The notes: a model not told the origin generated them from the letters alone. Shown: positions 41,115 to 52,652, counted from the first letter of the stretch. The stretch is DNA of 64,000 bases from an uncultured Methanomassiliicoccales archaeon (GCA_963732855.1 CAVTBB010000002.1:439733-503732); one strand, 5' to 3'. Numbers and translations: made by a program.

Positions 41115-41781
41115 TCAGAATGGCTTGAAGGGCTTTCCGGGCTCTGCAAGAATGACCTGAATTTCTGGATTCTTGCCCAACCTGGTCTTGAACTCGCTGG
41201 TCGGTGTCTTCAGATTGTGCATAGGAACGACCAATCTTGACCCGATCGCCTTGGCAGCTTCTGCCGCTCCGTCGACATCCATGGTGTACGTGCCACCGAT
41301 CGGAAGCAATGCCAGATCGACAGGTCCGAGCTTCTCTCATCTCAGGAATGAGATCTGTGTCTCCGGCATGATACAAGGTCTTGCCGTCAATGGTGACCAG
41401 ATAGCCAACGCATTTGCTTTTCCTGTGTAGGAAATGGCCCTTGAATCCGCGGTTGTAAGCGTGAACGGCCTTGATCTTAGCCCAGCCTAGGTCGTGCTCT
41501 ATACCGGGTTCGGCCATTTTGACATTTTCGATCCTGCCAAGCTTACTTACTACATTCTCCGGAGCGATGAGGATCGTGCCTTTATCTAGGAGTTCGGTGA
41601 CGGTCTCCTTCTGGAAATGGTCGCCATGGGAATGGGTCACGAGGACGAGGTCTGCCTTATCATTCATCTCGGGACCGCGAGCGTGGTCCCTTGGATGGTA
41701 CGACGGGTCGATGTGTATTGTCTTGCCACCGGCCTTAACCCAAAACCACGATGTACTACCGTCTATCCAGGTCAATTCCAT
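41115..41781 (-). CDS. MBL-fold metallo-hydrolase (UlaG-like), frameshift near 41330
   Basis: IDP, VTHSHGDH, YHAGDT, LPIGGTYTM, VPMH. Confidence 0.87.
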
Positions 41782-41906
41782 GTCATAATCCCGGGATGAT
41801 TACGTTGACGCCCATTATAAGAAATTTGTTCTTCCCCCGACCCAATTACTATTTATCGCAATGAAGTCCCATGACCTAATGCTCGGCAATTCAACCGCCA
41901 CGCAGG

Positions 41907-42692
41907 ATGCTGTACATGGACCGTGAGATGCTTTTCGAGACGATCTTCAAGCGGAAGTCGATCAGAAAATACGAATCAAACCCACTTGACCAGGAAACGA
42001 TGGATACAGTACGTTCCCAGATAGCATCATTGAAACCCATGATCCCTGGAATCAAAACGGAGATCCGGATGCTGGGAAACGATGAAGTCAAAGGGATGTT
42101 CAAGGCCGATGCCCCCCACTATCTGGCCATCTATTCCGAAGAGAAGGATGGTTTCGCGGCGAACGCGGGCTTCATGCTTCAGCAACTGGACCTTTTCTTC
42201 AGTGCCAGCGGTATTGGTTGCTGCTGGCTTGGTGGTTCAAAACCGACAAAGAATGTGGATCCGATCGAAGGCTTGGTGTTCGTCATCATCTTGGCTTTCG
42301 GAAAGCCTGCCGAAACGTTGCAAAGAAAGAGCATAGCCGAGTTCAAGAGGAGAGCGCTATCCGAGATAACCGACATCAAAGGGTCTGACGAGCTCCTGGA
42401 ACCAGTTCGCTTGGCACCTTCGGGGATTAACAACCAGTCATGGTATTACCGGGGCGACGCGAACAGGATCGATGCTTATTACGCCAAGTCAATGCTCTAT
42501 GACCAGATGAACCAGGTCAACGTGGGCATTGGCCTATGCCATCTATGGCTGTCAGCCACCCACTTTAAGAGAACGATCGATTTCGTCGCCGAGAAACCCG
42601 ACGAGGGGCGAACACCGAAAGGATACCGGTACGTTGTGACCGCAAGGATGAAATATCCATCCGGTCCGACCTCAGACTCTCAGTATAGTTAA
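41907..42692 (+). CDS. Nitroreductase family protein (tandem-domain type)
   Basis: IFKRKSIRKY, GIGCCWLG, RLAPSGINNQSW, GIGLCH. Confidence 0.88.
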   Translation: MLYMDREMLFETIFKRKSIRKYESNPLDQETMDTVRSQIASLKPMIPGIKTEIRMLGNDEVKGMFKADAPHYLAIYSEEKDGFAANAGFMLQQLDLFFSASGIGCCWLGGSKPTKNVDPIEGLVFVIILAFGKPAETLQRKSIAEFKRRALSEITDIKGSDELLEPVRLAPSGINNQSWYYRGDANRIDAYYAKSMLYDQMNQVNVGIGLCHLWLSATHFKRTIDFVAEKPDEGRTPKGYRYVVTARMKYPSGPTSDSQYS

Positions 42693-42822
42693 TATTCAAT
42701 GTCCTGCCATACACATTACGGTTGGGGGACCGAAACAGGACACCTGCCCTTCTAGCCTTCAAAAAGCGACATTTGAGAAAGCGATATGGTCTAATGCCTA
42801 GGAACAGAAGAGTTGAGGGAAG

Positions 42823-43840
42823 TTGTCTGCGCAGCCGAAGAAAAGACTCACTATCATTTCCTTGATGATCGTTGCGTTAGTAGTAGCATCCTTCGGCTCG
42901 TTCCTGATTCTGGGCATCGCAGCACAATGATGGACCGACCGTAGAAGGGATAACGATCGGCCTTCTGCCCCACGAGATCGAAGGTCTGGTGTACGTCGCT
43001 TCTGCCCAGGGCTTTTTCGAAGACAACAGCCTCAATGTAACGATCAAGGAATACTCGTCCGGTCTCGCTGCGGTGAACGGGATGCTGAATGGGGATGTAG
43101 ACATAGCCACCGCCGCAGACTTCGTCTTGGTGGGCAAGGTGCTGGAGAACCATAGTGTGGTCTCGATCGGCAACATCGACAAGTTCAGCAGTGAATACCT
43201 CGTAGTCCGTACCGATCTGGGTATCACTAACGTTTCTGACCTCAAAGGAAAAAGGATCGGTGTCCCGATGGGCACTGTGGCAGAGTTCAATCTGGGCCGG
43301 TTCCTGGAATTGGCCGGGATCGGTTTGGATGAGGTGACCCTCGTCCATGTGCCGATATACTTGACGCCGGCAGCGCTGACGAACGGAAGCGTGCAGGCAG
43401 TGATCACCTGGCAACCTCATTTCAACACGATCAAGAGCCTTATCCCTGACAAGGTAATTGCCTGGCAAGCCCAGAACGACCGTTTGATCAACTATCTGGC
43501 GATCACGAACCAGAGCTGGGCGTTAAACCACCAGGACATTGTGGTAAGATTCCTCAAGGCATTGGACCAGGCAGAGAGATTCATGATCTATGATCCCGAG
43601 AGGTCGAAGGACATCGTTCAGAGCCGACTGAACTACAGTAGAAATTACACGGAACAGATCTGGCCGGAGAACCAGTTCTCATTGTCATTGGATCAATCAC
43701 TGATCCTCGCGATGGAGGACCAAGCGAGATGGATGATCCGGAATAATCTCACCCAGAAGGAGGTGCCCAATTTCCTAAATTACATTTACTTCGATGGACT
43801 TGAGGCAGTCGACCCGGGTTCGGTGAACATCATCAGGTGA
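42823..43840 (+). CDS. NrtA/SsuA/NMT1-type solute-binding protein 1, frameshift near 42920
   Basis: TTG start with TM anchor, YVASAQGFF, DLKGKRIG, LSLDQSLILAMEDQARW. Confidence 0.82.
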
Positions 43841-43843
43841 GGG

Positions 43844-44866
43844 ATGGCCATGACGCACGAACAAGAAAAGCGAAGGGCAATAGTGGTCGGGACCGTCCTC
43901 ATCGTCCTAGTATTGGTCGCTGGATCATTGATGTTCCTCACCCATGGCAACAGCTATGAAGGACCGATCGAGTCGATCACGATCACGGCACCCTCTCTCG
44001 AACAGAACGCGCTGATATACGTGGCGGAGAGTCAGGGACTGTTCGCCAGGAACGGCATTCGGATAACGATCATCAACTGCTCCAGCGGCGTGGAGGCGAT
44101 CGACCGCATGGTGGCTGGGGAGGCGAACATTTCCGTGGCGGCCGAATTCCCGTTCGTGAACGCGGTGCTCCGGAACGAGTCGATCTCCGTCATCGCCTGT
44201 GAGGACAAGTTCGAGAATGACTACATCCTCTTCCGGTCAGACCGCGGCATTTCGAAACCGGAGGACCTGATGGGGAAGAGGATCGGGTTGGTCCGGCAGA
44301 GCATAGCGGAATTCTATCTCGGACGTTACCTGGACATCCATGGAATGGACATTCAGGACGTGACCGTGGTGGACCAGAGCCCGTCCCAATCGCAGGAGGC
44401 CATCGCATCCGGAAGCGTAGACGCGGTCGTGGTATGGCAACCGAACGCCGATCAGATACAGAAGAATGTCAGCAATGTCACGTCCTGGCCGGTCCAAAAC
44501 AGCCAGGCGGTCTTCGGCGTTCTGGCGGCAAAGAACGATTGGTTGGCCCAGCACGGCCCGGCAGTGGTTCGATTCCTGCGGTCACTGGTGGAGGCCGAGG
44601 ACTTCCTGGTCAGCGATCTGGAAAGGTCGAAGGCCATTGTGAAGGAGAAACTGAACTATGATGATTCTTACATTTCAAACGTCTGGACCAAGCACAACTA
44701 TCGTGTCACGCTGGATCAGACGCTGATCGTGGCGATGAAGGATGAGGCCCGATGGCTCATAGACAATGGTCTCACTGTAGAAAACCAGATCCCGGATATG
44801 GTTAGCCATATCTATCTCGAAGGTCTATTATCGGTCAGCCCAAGGGCTGTGACCGTCATAGAATAA
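43844..44866 (+). CDS. NrtA/SsuA/NMT1-type solute-binding protein 2
   Basis: TM anchor, IYVAESQGLF, DLMGKRIG, TLDQTLIVAMKDEARW; paralog of the upstream gene. Confidence 0.88.
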   Translation: MAMTHEQEKRRAIVVGTVLIVLVLVAGSLMFLTHGNSYEGPIESITITAPSLEQNALIYVAESQGLFARNGIRITIINCSSGVEAIDRMVAGEANISVAAEFPFVNAVLRNESISVIACEDKFENDYILFRSDRGISKPEDLMGKRIGLVRQSIAEFYLGRYLDIHGMDIQDVTVVDQSPSQSQEAIASGSVDAVVVWQPNADQIQKNVSNVTSWPVQNSQAVFGVLAAKNDWLAQHGPAVVRFLRSLVEAEDFLVSDLERSKAIVKEKLNYDDSYISNVWTKHNYRVTLDQTLIVAMKDEARWLIDNGLTVENQIPDMVSHIYLEGLLSVSPRAVTVIE

Positions 44867-44876
44867 CGGAGCGTCC

Positions 44877-46364
44877 ATGCGGATAAAGACCCAGCTAATG
44901 ATCACCGCCGCCGTTTTCGGCATGATACTGATCGTGATCGCCGCGGTGACGATAATGGCGGACCAGCACGGGATGAGGGCTAGCGAACAGGAGGAGATCG
45001 CCGTCAGCATCACCCAGGAGGCCAGCGAGCTGGGTTATCTGGCCAATGATTATGTCATCTACCGGGAGACCCAGCAACTGGAACGCTGGCAAACCAAGTT
45101 CGCATCGTTCTCGAACGACGTTTCACGACTTGATGTGGAGGATCCCGAACAACAGACGATCGTCAACAACATCAAGATAGACCAGCAACGGATGAAGGAC
45201 GTGTTCGATAGCATCGTCTCGGCCACTGTGACCTCACCTGAGAATCAGAGCCTATCCTCGATCCAGGTCTCCTGGAGCCGCATGGGTGTCCAGAGCAACG
45301 AGCTCATGACCGAGTCGATCCGCCTTTCCCAAGCGTTAAGGGCCGATGCCGATCAACAGAAACAGACGACGAACACGCTGATATTGCTGATTGTGGGCGT
45401 ATTTGGTGCGTTCCTCATGACCGAATATTTCCAGACCTTCAGGCGGACCTTCCGGTCGATCGATGAATTGAAGAAAGGAACGGAGGTGATCGGTTCCGGC
45501 GACCTGGAATACAAGATCGATGCCAAAAGGGACGACGAGATAGGGGAGCTGTCACACGCCTTCAACCAGATGACCATCGACCTGAAGAACGTGACCACCT
45601 CCAAGGACGACCTGGAACGCGAGGTCAGCGAACGGAAGACGGCAGAGGCGGCGCTGGAGAAGAGGACGAAGGAGCTGTCCCGATCGAACGAAGAGCTCAA
45701 GCAGTTCGCTTACGTGGCCTCCCACGACCTTCAGGAACCGTTGCGGATGGTCACCGCCTACCTGAGCCTGCTGGATGACCGGTGCGGCGACCATCTCGAC
45801 GAAAGGGCAAAGCAATACCTCAATTTCGCCGTGGAAGGCGGACTGCGGGCCAAGGCCTTGGTCCAGGACCTGCTGGATTTCTCCCGGATCGATACCCAGG
45901 GGAAGGCGTTCAGCGAAACGAGCATGGATGCCGTCATGGAGATGGTGTTGAACAACCTGGCGGTCCAGATCAAAGAACAGCAGGCGACCGTCACCCATGA
46001 CCCATTACCGAACATGATCGCCGATGATGGGCAGATGGTCCAGCTCCTCCAGAACCTGGTGAGCAACGGCATCAAGTTCAAGGGAGTTGATGACCCGAAT
46101 GTCCACATCGGATGCATGAATGCAGGTGAAGGATGGCGCTTCACGGTCCAGGACAACGGCATCGGCATCGATCCACGGTATGCGGAGAAGATCTTCGCTA
46201 TCTTCCAGAGGCTGCACACCCGCGACGAATATCCGGGAACCGGAATCGGCCTGGCCATCAGCAAGAAGATCGTAGAGCGCCACGGTGGCAGGATATGGGT
46301 CGAATCGGAAACAGGCAAAGGTTCAATATTCGTTTTTACAATACCTGATGGAGGTCAGAGATGA
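44877..46364 (+). CDS. Membrane sensor histidine kinase (2 TM, HAMP, HisKA, HATPase)
   Basis: DEIGELSHAFNQM, FAYVASHDLQEPLR, DNGIGI, GTGIGL. Confidence 0.93.
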   Translation: MRIKTQLMITAAVFGMILIVIAAVTIMADQHGMRASEQEEIAVSITQEASELGYLANDYVIYRETQQLERWQTKFASFSNDVSRLDVEDPEQQTIVNNIKIDQQRMKDVFDSIVSATVTSPENQSLSSIQVSWSRMGVQSNELMTESIRLSQALRADADQQKQTTNTLILLIVGVFGAFLMTEYFQTFRRTFRSIDELKKGTEVIGSGDLEYKIDAKRDDEIGELSHAFNQMTIDLKNVTTSKDDLEREVSERKTAEAALEKRTKELSRSNEELKQFAYVASHDLQEPLRMVTAYLSLLDDRCGDHLDERAKQYLNFAVEGGLRAKALVQDLLDFSRIDTQGKAFSETSMDAVMEMVLNNLAVQIKEQQATVTHDPLPNMIADDGQMVQLLQNLVSNGIKFKGVDDPNVHIGCMNAGEGWRFTVQDNGIGIDPRYAEKIFAIFQRLHTRDEYPGTGIGLAISKKIVERHGGRIWVESETGKGSIFVFTIPDGGQR

Positions 46365-46961
46365 ACGGATGCGCGCGATCGCACCCGGCTCCTTCTAGTG
46401 GAGGACAATCAGGGGGACGCTTTCCTGATCAAGGAAATGCTCCAGGAAACCAAGATCGATCTCAAGGTCACCGTCGCGGAGGACGGACATAAGGCTTTGG
46501 AGTTCCTTAACCGATCGAACGGCAGCAACGAAAATGGTTTCGATTTCGTCATACTAGACTTGAACCTGCCCAAGGTCCATGGCTTCGATATCCTGTCCTA
46601 CATGAAGTCGATGCACGGCCTCAAGAACATACCGGTGGTGGTCATGACCGGATCATTGAACGAGGACGACGAGGCCAAGGCCAGGAGCATGGGTGCGGCC
46701 AATTTCCTGATCAAACCTTCCTGTTATGGGGAGTTCGAGGCCATCACCGAGTGGATGAGGGGGGCCTTGAGCGATATTGATAGCGCTTCTCCCGGAAAAT
46801 GTCCGCCTCAAGCACCGATGAATGAGACAATGCCAGGTGATGAGCCTGGGATGAGGTATGGGCCCTCGATGAGGCTAACCAAGGAGTCCGGCCCGTTTTA
46901 CAGCCGTGGGCCGGTATCGCCTTTCATCCAATCGCCCGACCTGAATGACCGGATGATGTAA
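46361..46961 (+). CDS. Response regulator (Rcp1-like receiver), probable N-terminal frameshift
   Basis: LLLVEDN, ILDLNLPKVHG, MTGS, IKP; ATGA overlap with the kinase. Confidence 0.85.
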
Positions 46962-47003
46962 CTTCCTTCGAGGGTGTCGACAATCTTGAACCGTTCGATC
47001 GAT

Positions 47004-47637
47004 TTATATTGAATTCTCCGAAGCCAGCGCTTTGGTCATCGCCAGGCTCTGCTGCAATATCTCGAGGGTCCCCAGCCGGCATTCGTGCCTAAGGTTGAGC
47101 TCGGTGGCGAACTGTCTCGACATCGCCTTATACGTCTGCGATCTCTCCCAATCCGTCGTCGATGAACAGGACGCGGGAATAGCCATCGAACATCTTCGAC
47201 AGGAACCATTCCATCGTGACCCCCAGCTCCTCATAGTTCGGCATCTGCTCGCGCATTTTCTTCTCGAACCACTCCCGGTTCATCTTTGAGAAGTACGGGG
47301 TGTGGTACATGGTGCCAGCACACTTCTTCCGTTCTCTGTCGTACTCCTCCGGCGTGATCAGCACGCCAATGCAGTCATCCCCCCTTAGCTGGATGGTGGG
47401 CACTTTCAGCTGCTTCGTGATGTCCTTGAGCGAGTTGCATATGCCGTAGCCGAGAAGGACCGCGTCGACCTTTCCTTCCAGGGCATTGACCTTGTCGATC
47501 ACCGCCTTCTTGAGCTCTTCCGGATATTCATGGAGACCGAACTCCAGATACTCCTTGTGGACGATGTCCGGGTCGTCCTTGATGAGCGGTTCAAGGTTCC
47601 TCTCGAACGTCTCGCATGATATGATGCCGATCTTCAT
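47004..47637 (-). CDS. DUF1638 domain protein, frameshift near 47135
   Basis: ISCET, LEFGLHEYP..L, LLGYGIC, DDCIG, MFDGYSRVLFID. Confidence 0.8.
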
Positions 47638-47731
47638 TGTTTCAACTCCTTATGCTCTATTCGCAAAGGATGATACGACTCCGAAATATTAAAGTATTAC
47701 TATGTCATATTTTTCTATTACGGTAGTTACA

Positions 47732-48552
47732 ATGCAGGCAGACGACATCCGGGAACAGATCGAGGCGCTGCGGCAAGAGGTCCGTGGTCTGAGCACGTCC
47801 ATCCTCAACCTCCGTACAGGAGGACATGCGCAAGGTGTTCGGTGACCAGATCAGACCGGTGCTGATAGAGAGGATAGAACGACATTATTCCCACGCGGCG
47901 CAGGGACCGGCGAATGAACTGACCGAAAAGGCGACCAGACAAGATCTGATCGACCTAGTCGACCGGTCGATTTCGATCTTCCAACGTGACGGAAAACAGA
48001 AGGCATCGAAGTTCGTGGATGAGTTTGAGATCGACCATGAGATGACCGGGCCCGGGCACATTGATACGACAACTCTCGAAATGGCACTCATCGCTCAGAT
48101 CCGAGAGTACCTGGTGCTTTCCGATCGGGTTTTCAACCAGACAGTACCGGACCTGCCAGACCTGGACCCGGGTCCGGTCAATGGAGGGCGACAGACCGTT
48201 GTCGCCAGAGCAAGCGGAGAGATTGCTGGCGCCAATGGCGAACGCCAGAAGGGTCCAGGTCTTGCTGGCCCTATCCCGAGAAAGCAACAGCCTAGCAGAG
48301 CTGAGCAGGGAGCTGGACCTGAAGAAAGGGCACCTCCAGTTCCATCTGAAGGCGCTGCTCGACGTGGACTACATCAATTTTGACCGGAAAAGCCGACTAT
48401 ACACCATAACTGCACGCGGTAGCCAAGTTCTGAGAGGCGTCTCCGCGCTCGTGGAAGAGCTGTCGCACATCGATGTTCACCAGCAGGCAGTTGCCCCGAA
48501 GGAAATGAGCAGCCACCCACCACAACCGTCTCAGGCCCTGATTTTCACCTAA
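47732..48552 (+). CDS. ArsR-type winged-helix regulator with N-terminal extension, multiple frameshifts
   Basis: C-terminal LAPMANARRVQVL...ELSREL..KKGHLQFHLKAL...YTITARG. Confidence 0.75.
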
Positions 48553-48944
48553 GCGGTGACTAGCATACGGTCGATCACGTGGATGACGCCGTTGCTACAT
48601 TCGATGTCCGGTTGTACTGCTAGGGCATTGCCGATCCTCAGTCCTTTGTGCCGGTCGATCTTGATCCTTCTGCCGCTTAGGACTAGGATGCTCCGTTTGA
48701 AGTTCTTTGCCAGTGACTTGCCGTTCATGGTATGGTTCCACACCATCTCTCCCGCCGAATTCCGGTTATTGAGTAGGGAATCGACCTCCTTATCGGACAT
48801 GGATAAAAATGTCATATCGGTAGGGGCGAAGCATGTGAACTCTCCCATGCCCCGCATGGTATCCTCCATCCCGGCCTTTTCGATGGCCCTTATCAACGTT
48901 CTGAAGTTCCCGTTATCGTTCAGTGTGTCAAATATGCTCTTCAA
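48549..48944 (-). CDS. Fasciclin (FAS1) domain protein
   Basis: FTCFAPTD, CSNGVIHVIDRML. Confidence 0.9.
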   Translation of the reverse strand: MKSIFDTLNDNGNFRTLIRAIEKAGMEDTMRGMGEFTCFAPTDMTFLSMSDKEVDSLLNNRNSAGEMVWNHTMNGKSLAKNFKRSILVLSGRRIKIDRHKGLRIGNALAVQPDIECSNGVIHVIDRMLVTA

Positions 48945-49090
48945 AAGTGAACCTCATGAACGCCTTGGAGCATTCGGTATTAGCCAGTATCCAACACTCT
49001 CGACGAGTTCCAAGGCTCAACCCGGCCATTTCCACGGCTTACCTGGTCCCGAACCTTCGGTCGATCGTTGGTGGGCTGGTCAAGGCGATA

Positions 49091-49990
49091 CTAGGCGGCG
49101 CTACCTCCCGCTTCGGCAATGCGGGCCTCACGCCATGACGAGACCTTTTCGTAGAGGCTGATGGCGATCACAACGAAGAGCACGTCGGCCAGGACTCGGA
49201 CCAAAATATCGACCAGTGTAAGCCCTCCCATCGGACCGAGCTGCATGTCCACGATCAGGGCGAAGGCGAAATTGAACAGGAATATGTCTATCCCGAACAT
49301 CACCGTTCCAAAGAACAGCGCCTTTCTCCGGTGCGTACTACCTATAATGGATGAGCGGAAGAGGTAGTACAACACCCCCAGCACCAGTCCGAAGAACAAC
49401 GCCCAGACCAAGGAGCTAATGGGGTTCGCGTCAAACGACGAATATATGCCGAAGACGGTGTAGCTGAGGAGCCGGCCCTTCATGAAGAAGATCGGGATGA
49501 TGAGGATCACCAGGGCGTCCAACGGGCCGAACGGTCTTGCCGCCGCCTCTTTCTCTGCGTTCGTTCTCGATCCATCGTGCCCGAGATATCTCCCCGTGAG
49601 CAAGCCGAGCACAATTAGAGGCGACCCGTCGGCCATCATCCACGAGAGTTCGTTAACGGGATCGCCGGAGTGAGGCAGCGGCTCGAAGTACGAGGCGAAC
49701 ACCAGGAAGAAATAGAACAGCCCGAACACCAGGCCCTTCCGGATCCGACCGCCGGCCATCCTTCCCTCGATGAGGACGAAGACTACCGTGAGCAGGCCGA
49801 ACCAGAGCATGCCGTAGAGGATGAAGACGAACGGCAGTATGCCCTGCTGGACGAAGAAGCTCGGAGGCAGCACCGCGGTCCCGCTGGTAGGCATTAGCCC
49901 ATGGACCATGGCGTACAGGACAGAAAAACCTGAGGATATGGCGATAATACGGAGCCATTCAGTCTTAACGTTCGCCAACCCCTGCTTCAA
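49091..49990 (-). CDS. Multi-pass membrane protein
   Basis: About 8 TM; internal similarity RKGLVFG / RKALFFG; start uncertain. Confidence 0.7.
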   Translation of the reverse strand: MKQGLANVKTEWLRIIAISSGFSVLYAMVHGLMPTSGTAVLPPSFFVQQGILPFVFILYGMLWFGLLTVVFVLIEGRMAGGRIRKGLVFGLFYFFLVFASYFEPLPHSGDPVNELSWMMADGSPLIVLGLLTGRYLGHDGSRTNAEKEAAARPFGPLDALVILIIPIFFMKGRLLSYTVFGIYSSFDANPISSLVWALFFGLVLGVLYYLFRSSIIGSTHRRKALFFGTVMFGIDIFLFNFAFALIVDMQLGPMGGLTLVDILVRVLADVLFVVIAISLYEKVSSWREARIAEAGGSAA

Positions 49991-50144
49991 ACCGATGTCG
50001 CTCACTTTGGATTGGCCTACCACCGCCAGCAATTCCAGCATCGAATATAATAACACTCTTTCCGTGGCAGCGGCCCGCCTGCTTGCCATCAACGAGGGTC
50101 GGCATTATCTAGAGTGTGAACGATTTCGTTCCGAGAGTTCCGAT

Positions 50145-50970
50145 ATGAAAAAGGTCGTTCTGATCACGGGTTGCTTCAGCGGAATTGGCCATGCGACCGC
50201 CGAGTTCTTCGCAGACGAGGACTGGCAGGTGGTGGCGACAATGCGCCATCCTGAGCAGAGGGATACCGAACTCAAGGACCACGAGAACATCGACCTGGTC
50301 CACTTGGACGTCCTCGACCCGGCGTCGATCGGGGAAGCGGTCAGGCACACGGTGGAAAAGCACGGGCACATCGACGCTTTGGTGAACAACGCCGGTTATG
50401 CGATCGAGGGCGTTTTCGAGTCCTCGACACCGGAGCAGGCGAGGAAGCAGTTCGAGACGAACGTGCTCGGGCTCATGGACGTTATTCGTGAGGTGTTGCC
50501 GGTGATGCGCAAGCAAAAGGGGGGTGTCATCATCAACATGACGTCGATAGGCGGCACGGATGGCGTTCCCGATGTATACACTATATAATAGCAGCAAGTT
50601 CGCGGTGGAAGGTTTCTCGGAAGGGTTTCAGTACGAGCTCAGACCGCACAACATCAAGGTCGCAATGGTCGAGCCAGGCGTCATTAAAACCGACTTCTAC
50701 GGCCGGTCGATGGTCATCACCGAGAAGGAAGGGCTGGAGGATTACGACGAGTTCGTCGATGCGGCGATGAGGGGCGTGGAAAGGACCGACAGCAACGGCT
50801 CGCCGCCGGAGATCGTCGCCCTGTGCATCTACCAGGCGGTGAACGACGGCAAATGGAAGTTGCGTTATCACGCAGGCAAGTACTCCGGGCTGATGCTGAC
50901 GATGAGGAGGCTGCTGCCGGACAGGACGGTCTTCGGGATGATAAGGCGTTCCTCGGTGCCGAAGAAGTGA
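50145..50970 (+). CDS. SDR oxidoreductase, frameshift near 50560
   Basis: VLITGCFSGIG, NNAG, YNSSK, VEPG. Confidence 0.9.
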
Positions 50971-50995
50971 GGGCGATGGGCACCGACCGATGATC

Positions 50996-51157
50996 CTAGC
51001 GCTTCAGCGTCGCTTCCATCCAGAGGAACTTCTCGGGTTTCTCGTCGAACTCGGCCTTGCACATATTGGTGCAGAAACAGAACTTCCGTCCCTTGTATAT
51101 CGTGAAGAACTTGGCTTTCTGCTCATCGATGTTGGCTCCGCAGACCAGGTCTATCAT
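50996..51157 (-). CDS. YHS domain protein (not in ORF track)
   Basis: MIDLVCGANID...YKGRKFCFCTNMCKAEFDEKPEKF, 53 aa. Confidence 0.85.
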   Translation of the reverse strand: MIDLVCGANIDEQKAKFFTIYKGRKFCFCTNMCKAEFDEKPEKFLWMEATLKR

Positions 51158-51533
51158 GGTAACGAATATTTTTAAAGACCGTGACAGATATTAAATGTTT
51201 TTGGCGGATATAAAATTGAACTCGGTCAAGAATTTCCAGAGGAAGTGTCGGAAGAATACGCCCAGACAGTCACTGATGAGGTGACAAACGCCCCTTCCGA
51301 CGAGGATACGATACCTGACCTATGTAAATAGGTATCGATGACAAACGCAACGGAACGGCGGCGTTGTTGCCCGCGGTAAATGAAATTCATGTATGAGCGC
51401 ATGGTCTCAATCGGAGGATCGCAGAGCGAACCGCTATGGATAGCCCCAGGTTAGTATTGGCTGATTTGACGGTGTTCAACGCAATCTCCTAGTAAATGAG
51501 GAATATGACAGAAAAGTGATGAAATTTTAACGA

Positions 51534-52061
51534 TCATCGGGCGAGGGACTCCGCCCATTGCCGGATCTCTTCCCAATTCCGGAAGTCGTAGGGCTTGGAG
51601 GGATCGGCGCCCCGCTCCTCGATGGTCCTCTTGGCACTCTTCAAGATCGCTTTGACCAAGAACCCATACTGTTCGAAGTCCAGCACGCCGCCGAACAGCG
51701 CCGTCGAGGTTGGTTCGATGCCATATTTGGTACCGACATCGGTTACATACTTCCTCTTCCACTCCGTGGCCTGTTCCTTCTTGAACTCGACGTCCCCGCA
51801 GCAGGCAAATAGCGCCACCTTCCTGCCCCTTAGGTCGTCCCGGTTCTCATCGAGGAAGCGCTGGGCCTCCTTTGACCACGAACCTGCCATGATGCCACTG
51901 CCCACGACGACCATCTGATATGAGGAGATCGTCTCCTTCTTCCTGGAACGGAGGTCAAGGACCTCGGCGTCGATGCCCATGGAGGAAAGAACGGCGGCGA
52001 TCTCATTCGCCACCCGCTCGGTCGACCCGTATCTAGTTCCGAACGCCACCAACGCATTCAT
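51534..52061 (-). CDS. Flavodoxin-domain protein (HemG-like)
   Basis: FGTRYGSTERVA, VVVGSGI, DFRNWEEIRQWA. Confidence 0.88.
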   Translation of the reverse strand: MNALVAFGTRYGSTERVANEIAAVLSSMGIDAEVLDLRSRKKETISSYQMVVVGSGIMAGSWSKEAQRFLDENRDDLRGRKVALFACCGDVEFKKEQATEWKRKYVTDVGTKYGIEPTSTALFGGVLDFEQYGFLVKAILKSAKRTIEERGADPSKPYDFRNWEEIRQWAESLAR

Positions 52062-52452
52062 TCGACCTCACCCCGAAGCAGAACTCGTTCCTTCTCATGA
52101 CCAGGTAGACGATGAACACGGCCGGCAGGATGAGCCCGAGCATCGCGGTCGGCTGGACCGCAATTATCGCCCATGCGTCGAACACGATCGTGAATGCGCT
52201 GATGCCGATGGTACCCGTGTAGCCCCACCTCTTTCCAGTCAGGAGACCGTAGGTCAGGACGACCCCGCTCGACCCTAGGAACAGGAACAACGCGTCGATG
52301 AACAGCGCCATCTCCGGCGAGACCGCGTGATCGGTCGCCGGCCATCCGTTCTGGAGCACCACCCCGAGGATGCCGAACCTCATGGCACTCTGTACCAATC
52401 CAAGCACCCCGACGGCCACGAGGCCCTTCCTACTGTTTCCAATGAATGACAT
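52033..52452 (-). CDS. Small membrane protein (DUF2127-like)
   Basis: 4 TM, YGLLTGKRWGY. Confidence 0.65.
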   Translation of the reverse strand: MSFIGNSRKGLVAVGVLGLVQSAMRFGILGVVLQNGWPATDHAVSPEMALFIDALFLFLGSSGVVLTYGLLTGKRWGYTGTIGISAFTIVFDAWAIIAVQPTAMLGLILPAVFIVYLVMRRNEFCFGVRSNECVGGVRN

Positions 52453-52652
52453 TTGATTTTCTCCTAGAACAGCGGATGCCGCCGGGGTTGATGTGCTCGC
52501 GTCAAACGCCCATGCGAAAAAGTGGTAGGCAATGACCGGAGGAATGCCGGTTCTTCCCGAAATGCTGGAAAAAGTGGTATTTCATTATAGATTCTAGAAT
52601 GGTTATTTCAACCAATGGCTACTTGGAATTCAGACGGTCCTGTTGAGGATCA

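Noticed and set aside
51270-51290. Hammerhead ribozyme (CTGATGAG core)
   Set aside because: No correctly placed GAAA and three-stem junction; the motif sits in a simple hairpin loop.
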